A DNA stretch of 64,000 nucleotides from IMG/VR virus record IMGVR_UViG_3300027917_004314; one strand, given 5' to 3'. The notes under the pieces are model-generated. The model was not told the DNA's origin and ran no database searches. It was given only the letters and a program-made list of their open reading frames with translations. This DNA comes from a virus (taxonomy: Duplodnaviria > Caudoviricetes). Positions 58,286 to 64,000 of this stretch are shown piece by piece. Within the stretch, counting starts at the first letter, position 1. The number at the start of each line of letters is the position of its first letter. Position numbers and translations under genes: made by a program.

Positions 58286-58903
58286 TTGTCTAAAAGATAT
58301 CGCAGACACTTATACCTGGCCCCTCCTAGCAATTTTTGTTTTTCGTACTGTGGAATATCTATTTCTCCATCTTGGAGATTGTCGTCAAGAAACTGCGAGT
58401 GGTGTAAGTTATGCTTAAAGTACGCGACTGCAAAGAATTCCTTTGCGGCGACCACGTTGAATGTAGCAGGGCGATCGATGTTTATAGTTGCCAAGACGAA
58501 CATATATTATTTGAATCCATCTAAATTCTTGAATGCTGCTACTCAGTTAGATACCATTGCACATGGTCAGATGGTATACAGAGGTATTCCATATCCATCG
58601 AGTAGTTGTGGTTTCCCATCTGCCGTTGCGCGATTGGGTGGCTTTATTATTATAACCACAGATGGCCGACACGGACGAGGCGATTGGTTTGAATTCAGAC
58701 AATGGATGTACGAGATCTTTTGGTCCATGCTTACAGCGGATGCTGACAGCCTAGAGTGTAAATGTGCTTGGGAAGTATTAACGAGTCGCGAGAACAGCGA
58801 CCCTGGCGATGCATTAGTTGGGTTGATGCACGTTGGCAATACTGGACCGATAACAGACCATTTTAAGGAATGGGCGAAAGCATTTGGTCATACTATATTA
58901 TGA
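58286..58903 (+). CDS. hypothetical protein with N-terminal H..CG..CxxC module
   Basis: AGGAG RBS, TTG start. Confidence 0.65.
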   Translation: MSKRYRRHLYLAPPSNFCFSYCGISISPSWRLSSRNCEWCKLCLKYATAKNSFAATTLNVAGRSMFIVAKTNIYYLNPSKFLNAATQLDTIAHGQMVYRGIPYPSSSCGFPSAVARLGGFIIITTDGRHGRGDWFEFRQWMYEIFWSMLTADADSLECKCAWEVLTSRENSDPGDALVGLMHVGNTGPITDHFKEWAKAFGHTIL

Positions 58904-58961
58904 TTGTTGAGTGCCTCGTGGGTTCTGAGGAACCCAGGCGGGACCTAACAAAGGAGGAGAG

Positions 58962-59204
58962 ATGTCCAAGACCAGAAGGCAGCGTATCGAGGCGAAGCTG
59001 ACCAGTGCGAAGGAGAACTTGAAGAGCCAGGTCGAGGTGATGGCGAAGAAAAACCGCAAGCAGGCCGGGATGCTCGCTGACCGGAACGGGACCCTCCGGG
59101 TCCTCGTTTCCATGCTCACTCCCGAGCAGCACGCCGAGATCGAGAAGCTCGATGACGAGAAGCACGCGGAGGTCAAGAAGCTGGTGAAGGAGTTCATGCC
59201 GTAG
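58962..59204 (+). CDS. helical hypothetical protein, GC3-rich
   Basis: AAGGAGGAG RBS. Confidence 0.72.
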   Translation: MSKTRRQRIEAKLTSAKENLKSQVEVMAKKNRKQAGMLADRNGTLRVLVSMLTPEQHAEIEKLDDEKHAEVKKLVKEFMP

Positions 59205-59211
59205 CGGGGCA

Positions 59212-59284
59212 GGGGATGTAGCTCAGACGGCAGAGCCCCACGATAACGTGGAGGGCGTAGGTTCGACTCCTACCATCCCCTCTA
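59212..59284 (+). ncRNA. tRNA-like RNA with a 4-nt anticodon loop (degenerate Ile-GAT-like)
   Basis: GGGGATG/CATCCCC; canonical D and T arms; CCACG-ATAA-CGTGG. Confidence 0.75.
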
Positions 59285-59309
59285 AGCAGGCGACTAGACG
59301 AAAGGTCTG

Positions 59310-60248
59310 GTGGAAAGGAAGAACGTGATGCCTTCTCCTAGGCTTGAAAAAGGTGGAGTATCAGATAAATCAGACTGGGTGGTCAATTGCAACACGCACA
59401 AGTGTCCCTTTGGGTGTGTCTATTGTGCCAGCAATGGTCTCAAAAATATCAGGGGAAAGAAGTTCAGTTGGGATGAGGGGAAGGTAACAATTCGCCGTTT
59501 AGATAGACATTGTGGCACAAACATATCCGAAAGTCTTTGGGAAATCAGGCCGGGGGACGTAGTTCAAGTTCCCAGCTCTCATGACATAACCTCATGCAAG
59601 ATGGCCATGAAACTGGTAAAGCCAATCAGAGAGATTTTGGAGCGCGACGGCATAGTAGTGGTCCACTCGAAAATGAGTCTCAGCGTAGCTAAGATAATAG
59701 GATCTGAATTATACAAGTACCGGAAGAAAAACCTAGTAATTCAGATCACTATCGGAACAACTAACGCGAAGCTGATGTCTGCTGTTGAACCAAAGGCTCC
59801 AGGGTTGCAGGAAAGGCTTGGGTCTCTACAGTTTCTTTACAAGCTCGGGTTTAGGACTGGTGTGGCGTGCACGCCAGCGCTAGATGTCGATGTAAAGAGT
59901 ACGCACAGAATGGTTTCACCGTATACCAAAATGCGGTTTCATATAGGATCGATTAGGCTGGTGGGGAACGGCGCACTCGGCGACCGCGCGATGCATGCTT
60001 TTAATCGTGCATATGGTTGCCGGGATGCCAATGTCGCCAACGTACATCCGGAGAGTTGTAAGGCAAGAAAAATACTATCCGATTGGCTGTACAGTTACGG
60101 CGACCTCTTCGACGCCAATTGGGCCGAACGGGTGATTGGCTTTGCAAAGCGGCGTAAGAAGGTTGTGTGCGAACGAGACGTATATGACCTTACCAAGGCT
60201 TGGCACTTCTTTGTGGCACCACGGTATACGCTGTTTGATTTTCTATAG
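59310..60248 (+). CDS. radical SAM protein, spore photoproduct lyase (SplB/COG1533)-like
   Basis: CPFGCVYC; VEPKAP...RL..L..L...GFRTGV..TP. Confidence 0.75.
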   Translation: MERKNVMPSPRLEKGGVSDKSDWVVNCNTHKCPFGCVYCASNGLKNIRGKKFSWDEGKVTIRRLDRHCGTNISESLWEIRPGDVVQVPSSHDITSCKMAMKLVKPIREILERDGIVVVHSKMSLSVAKIIGSELYKYRKKNLVIQITIGTTNAKLMSAVEPKAPGLQERLGSLQFLYKLGFRTGVACTPALDVDVKSTHRMVSPYTKMRFHIGSIRLVGNGALGDRAMHAFNRAYGCRDANVANVHPESCKARKILSDWLYSYGDLFDANWAERVIGFAKRRKKVVCERDVYDLTKAWHFFVAPRYTLFDFL

Positions 60249-60274
60249 ATTTTGCTTAGTGCTGGAGAGAAGTA

Positions 60275-60742
60275 ATGGCAAACAAGAAGGTTCATTGGCG
60301 AGCGATGCCACGGCGATTTGGAAGAGAGGGCTCGCCTGATACTATGTGTGGTCACTACGGTACTACTACCAACATACTGAAGCGAGTAACGTGCAAGACC
60401 TGTATTAGGATTCTAAAAAAGGCTGGGAAAGAGATTCCAGGTCCTATGCCAGACCTTCATTTATATAGCCCATCGTTTAGCCTTAGACATGGGGCAAACG
60501 GCAAGGCTCAGCTTGTCATCACGACTGTCCCAAAGGATCCTGACGATCTGCGCCCCTTTATGGATTTGGTCCTAGAAAGGGGATACGATTACATACTGCC
60601 GCCGGCAGTTGCAAAAGAAGTAAATAAAGAGACGGCCAAGAAGAAGGTAGCCAAGAAGAAAGTGGTTAAGAGGAAGAATGTAGGGAAAAGAGCCATAGGG
60701 GGTAGAAGGAGAAGGACATTTGTGCCAGTCGTTTATCGCTGA
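60275..60742 (+). CDS. H..CG..CKTC zinc-module protein with basic tail, paralog of 51754
   Basis: VHW...TMCG...VTCKTC; DDLRPFMDLVLERG resembles DNLRVLVDLLLERA. Confidence 0.72.
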   Translation: MANKKVHWRAMPRRFGREGSPDTMCGHYGTTTNILKRVTCKTCIRILKKAGKEIPGPMPDLHLYSPSFSLRHGANGKAQLVITTVPKDPDDLRPFMDLVLERGYDYILPPAVAKEVNKETAKKKVAKKKVVKRKNVGKRAIGGRRRRTFVPVVYR

Positions 60743-60819
60743 CATGTCCAAGTTCCCGTTCGGCGGCCAGTCGATTTTGTGTCGCTACTTTCTTGTATCC
60801 CATGAAAAAGGAGAGTGCA

Positions 60820-61047
60820 ATGATTCCAAATACGCATTACTATGAGACGCCAGACGGCGAGTTTACCTACGTCACGAAGCGTCTGTTTCTCGCATACCAT
60901 TCCGAGGAAGAGTGGAAGGTTTTCTCGAAGTGGATGACGGGGCAGACCGTCGGGCTAGTAGGTGGTCAGCAGGCGATCTACTCATGGGACTACGAGAGGT
61001 GGGCTCGTCAGGGAAAGCAGACCGAGCAAGGACCGGATTGGGATTAA
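60820..61047 (+). CDS. hypothetical protein
   Basis: AAGGAG RBS, ATG 60820. Confidence 0.68.
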   Translation: MIPNTHYYETPDGEFTYVTKRLFLAYHSEEEWKVFSKWMTGQTVGLVGGQQAIYSWDYERWARQGKQTEQGPDWD

Positions 61048-61072
61048 AGAGGCTTGAGAAACAATACAAGTT

Positions 61073-61133
61073 GGCCGCTGAACGTTAAGTGGTAACGTGT
61101 CAGTAATATCGGTTCGATTCCGAACGGCGGCCC
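61073..61133 (+). ncRNA. minimal tRNA-like element lacking an anticodon arm
   Basis: GGCCGCTG/CGGCGGCC; CGTTA-AGTGG-TAACG; TCGG-TTCGATT-CCGA. Confidence 0.68.
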
Positions 61134-61152
61134 TAGAGAAAGGAGGCCAATA

Positions 61153-61326
61153 ATGGCGCGAAGGAAGAGGAGCTTCATCAGCTGGCTGATTTTGATCGTG
61201 GTCCTCACCATGGCGGTTGTGGGTGGTTACCACCTCTACAACAGCGACACGGGGCAGGCGACCTCGCGAGTGGTGAAGGAGGCGGTGAAGGCCGGTCACA
61301 ACCAGGCAAAGAAGGAGATCGACTAG
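61153..61326 (+). CDS. small single-pass membrane protein (57 aa)
   Basis: AAGGAGG RBS; basic N-terminus plus TM helix. Confidence 0.65.
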   Translation: MARRKRSFISWLILIVVLTMAVVGGYHLYNSDTGQATSRVVKEAVKAGHNQAKKEID

Positions 61327-61338
61327 AAAGGAGGCCTA

Positions 61339-61569
61339 ATGAAACGTTATCGTGCGTGGAAGGTTCACTGTACCAAGAGTACATTCACCGAGGCAAACGC
61401 TGTGCGGGACGAGTTGCTGGCCAGCGATGAGCCGATTTATCTGGAGGAGCATACCTTGTGTCCTTCGGACAAGCCGGTGAAGGTGCGGAGGAAGCCAAAC
61501 GGCACCTTCGACGTGAAGGTTCTGACCATCGACAAAGAGGTGGAGGACGACGATGCCCAAGGAGTTTGA
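61339..61569 (+). CDS. hypothetical protein
   Basis: AAGGAGG RBS. Confidence 0.68.
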   Translation: MKRYRAWKVHCTKSTFTEANAVRDELLASDEPIYLEEHTLCPSDKPVKVRRKPNGTFDVKVLTIDKEVEDDDAQGV

Positions 61570-62008
61570 CGTTCTACTCATATCCGTCATGGGGAGCTGC
61601 AGCGGCGAAGCCTGTGTGAACGGGATGAGGAGTTCTACCACCGGTCTCCACGGGGTTGAAGAGAACTTCGAGAGAGTCAAATCGGGTGGATGGATCGTAG
61701 ACCTCCGCGCCGTCCAAGACCCCGTGGTGAAGGTCATCAGGGCCCCGATGTTGGGGTTGAACCTGCAGCCGGACGAAGTGGACAGGTTGTCGAAGGAAGA
61801 ACTCGACAGCAGCCTCGTCGCTCAGGCTGTAAAGTCTCAGCCCGGTAATCCTCTCGGGGCCATCGTGCGTCTCGAAGAGGCGTGCAGGGAGCAGGGTTTC
61901 TCGTCTCTCGACACTGTGGGCATTGACATATGGCTGCAGTACTGGAGGGAGAACGGCGCGAAGATCGGAAGGGTGGACGACGGCGAGGTGAAGTGGGAAG
62001 GAGGCTAA
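61553..62008 (+). CDS. hypothetical protein
   Basis: GGAGG RBS; GC3-rich. Confidence 0.7.
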   Translation: MPKEFDVLLISVMGSCSGEACVNGMRSSTTGLHGVEENFERVKSGGWIVDLRAVQDPVVKVIRAPMLGLNLQPDEVDRLSKEELDSSLVAQAVKSQPGNPLGAIVRLEEACREQGFSSLDTVGIDIWLQYWRENGAKIGRVDDGEVKWEGG

Positions 62009-62010
62009 GA

Positions 62011-62271
62011 ATGCTGAGGTACTGTCTGGTCATTCGGGAGAGCGAGTCGAGCGAAGACCACATCATGGCGACGGCGCCCAAAACGTTCGGGTCTGTGAAG
62101 GAGGCGTACGAGCACTTCTCTTCTTGCCTGAGCGGGCTGAGTGTTCATCCTTCTTTGCCCGAGAGCATGCCGTGTGGCGGATTCCTTGTTGCCGACGCCC
62201 CAGACTTCCCTGGAAGATTCTGGGAGATCGTAGGGGTGTTGAGTAGCGAGACGCCGCGCGACCTGACATAG
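62011..62271 (+). CDS. hypothetical protein
   Basis: AAGGAGG RBS, ATG 62011. Confidence 0.62.
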   Translation: MLRYCLVIRESESSEDHIMATAPKTFGSVKEAYEHFSSCLSGLSVHPSLPESMPCGGFLVADAPDFPGRFWEIVGVLSSETPRDLT

Positions 62272-62282
62272 ACTGCCAAGAC

Positions 62283-62354
62283 GGAACCTATCCGACAATG
62301 GGTCGGGGCATATAGAGTATGCTGAAGAGGGTTCAACTCCCTCAGGTTTCGCTA
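62283..62354 (+). ncRNA. anticodon-less tRNA-like element, family copy 5
   Basis: GGAACCT/AGGTTTC; CCGAC-AATGG-GTCGG; GGCATA-TAGAG-TATGCT; GAGGG-TTCAACT-CCCTC. Confidence 0.8.
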
Positions 62355-62365
62355 AGGAGGAAACA

Positions 62366-62824
62366 ATGGATAAGTTCAGAGAGAGTCTGTTGACGCTAAA
62401 AGAAAACGGCCATAAAGTGGTGGACATGCTGCGCGCTCATCGTTCATCTGCAGAAACCCTCTTGGAGCTTGGAGTGGTGGAGACAACCGATGTTTTGGAC
62501 CGCATTAATCGCGAGATCGAACATTTTTTAATTTTGCCGTACATAGAGGCGGCTAGGGCGTCTCGCGAGGAGGAGTTCAAAGCGATGGGGACAGACGGTA
62601 CGATCCGGCTACCGGATGAATGGGAGCCGATCCCCGACGACGCTCACCTTTTCACCAAGAGTGATTTTATCCAGATGTGTATGGCCGGCGTTATCATTGA
62701 TGACGATGGCACGGGTTGCTACGCCCTTCCCGGCGGGATGACTCACATCGAAGTCTCTCCGTCTGATGTTGTTGGAGGACTCTGGGAACAGCCATGGACG
62801 CACGTTGTGTGGTTCGACAAGTAA
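62366..62824 (+). CDS. hypothetical protein
   Basis: AGGAGG RBS. Confidence 0.72.
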   Translation: MDKFRESLLTLKENGHKVVDMLRAHRSSAETLLELGVVETTDVLDRINREIEHFLILPYIEAARASREEEFKAMGTDGTIRLPDEWEPIPDDAHLFTKSDFIQMCMAGVIIDDDGTGCYALPGGMTHIEVSPSDVVGGLWEQPWTHVVWFDK

Positions 62825-62857
62825 CTTATTTTCAGGAGACGGTTGTGGGTCAGCTGA

Positions 62858-63057
62858 CTAGTTGGTTGAATGCAGCTACTAACTGGATGTGGGTGCAGAT
62901 AAATTGGATTCCCAGTTCGGTTTATTCTGTGGAATATTGCAGACCCGTATTCTGGGGCAAGCCTGTTGCCAACGTGGCGTTCCACTGCGTCCAGAGCATT
63001 GACTCACGAGAAGAGTCACACCAAGTGGCGGGTTGGTAGCTGCGTTCAGCCAATTAG
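62858..63057 (+). ncRNA. about 200-nt multibranched RNA closed by a 27-bp helix
   Basis: 62858-62884 pairs with 63031-63057 with 5 G-U pairs and no mismatches; internal hairpins. Confidence 0.65.
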
Positions 63058-63069
63058 AGGAGAAACGTC

Positions 63070-63765
63070 ATGAAACACTACCAGCGTGTTAATAAATATG
63101 GTGGGTACAGGAAAATGGAGAGTTCCGTTGTCAATTTGGGTGGACTTTGGAGAAACGCCTTGCGCGTTGCATTTGGCGGAATAAATCTGTTTCCGCTACC
63201 AGTGAAGCCAGATAGTGGTTTTACCATTTATGCGAGTTTTGGACGCAAGTTCGATGCGATGAGCGAGCAAGTCATCCCCGTCACGACAACTTTTCATCTA
63301 CGTAAAAGCCGAGCATATAGGCTTTTAACTGAGAGTATACTTGAAGAGGCAGACAATTCAATACGGCCAAGACTCGTTGACAAACGAGGATGGAGTCCGG
63401 GCCCCGTTATTTTCAATGTCGTCTGGAGACATACTGGAGGCACTGGCAACTTTGCCAAGAATTTCCTCGTAGAAGCTGGAGGAGAGTTGTGGTTGCTTGT
63501 CAAGTTGAAGAACAGGTACAACCTTTTTCACGGCGACAAGGAGATTTTGGCAGTTATCCCAGACCACATGTTTCCGTCGGCGTCGGATGCGCTGTATAAG
63601 TTTGAGCAAACTGGACGTGGCGTATGGTTTCCAGAAAGCCGAGATCAATGGGTGCGGGAGAATTTTCCGTCCAAGCATCCTCCGTGGCGTATGCCACAAT
63701 CAAGTTGGTATCGACATCAAGCAAGGCTTCCAGACAATACTAGAGAGTTTGTTGGGGTATGGTAA
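63070..63765 (+). CDS. hypothetical protein
   Basis: GAGGAG RBS. Confidence 0.72.
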   Translation: MKHYQRVNKYGGYRKMESSVVNLGGLWRNALRVAFGGINLFPLPVKPDSGFTIYASFGRKFDAMSEQVIPVTTTFHLRKSRAYRLLTESILEEADNSIRPRLVDKRGWSPGPVIFNVVWRHTGGTGNFAKNFLVEAGGELWLLVKLKNRYNLFHGDKEILAVIPDHMFPSASDALYKFEQTGRGVWFPESRDQWVRENFPSKHPPWRMPQSSWYRHQARLPDNTREFVGVW

Positions 63766-63775
63766 GGAGGACATC

Positions 63776-64000
63776 ATGTATGTCGTTAAATCAAGAGATA
63801 CGCAGTGGAAGTATGTTTGCGGAGTTTGCGGCAAATGGTGTATGGTCGATTTCTATCAAATTGTAGTACCTTTAGCTGATAGTGGTCTCATGTATCGCTA
63901 TGCTTGTTGTAAAAAGCATGCTGCAGAGATCCAAGAGACTCCGGGCGCTGCAAAACCTGAGAAAGGATCAATATTTCCAAGCAGTTCTGCATGGTTGTAG
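63776..64000 (+). CDS. zinc-finger hypothetical protein
   Basis: AAGGAGG RBS; CGVC...CCKKH. Confidence 0.62.
   Translation: MYVVKSRDTQWKYVCGVCGKWCMVDFYQIVVPLADSGLMYRYACCKKHAAEIQETPGAAKPEKGSIFPSSSAWL

Overview
This window looks like part of a huge (jumbo) bacteriophage genome. It uses standard code 11 and is coded almost entirely on the + strand. It has two compositionally distinct halves that meet abruptly at about 41,790. The left half (AT-rich) holds replication genes (DnaC-like loader, DnaB), a PrkA-YeaH-SpoVR operon, a sigma-70 factor, class II RNR, PhoH2, five large probable virion proteins, Met aminopeptidase, a free-standing intein-like LAGLIDADG endonuclease, Tmk, an endolysin and ThyX. 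It then runs through about ten small ORFs sharing an N-terminal M(K/R)(L/I/V)(L/I/V)N motif, and three large proteins built from an unrecognised repeated domain and punctuated by (I/L/M)SKRA motifs. One of these three has a topoisomerase IB embedded in it. The right half (GC-richer, early-gene-like) holds many small ORFs with strong Shine-Dalgarno sites, six canonical tRNAs (two are Ile-UAU) and a tmRNA. It also holds at least 15 tRNA-like structures that keep acceptor and T arms but have a missing, shrunken or hugely expanded anticodon arm. Many of these fill the spacer between one stop codon and the next RBS, which suggests a tRNA-mimic punctuation or decoy system. All calls come from reading the sequence by eye; no database searches or folding programs were run.
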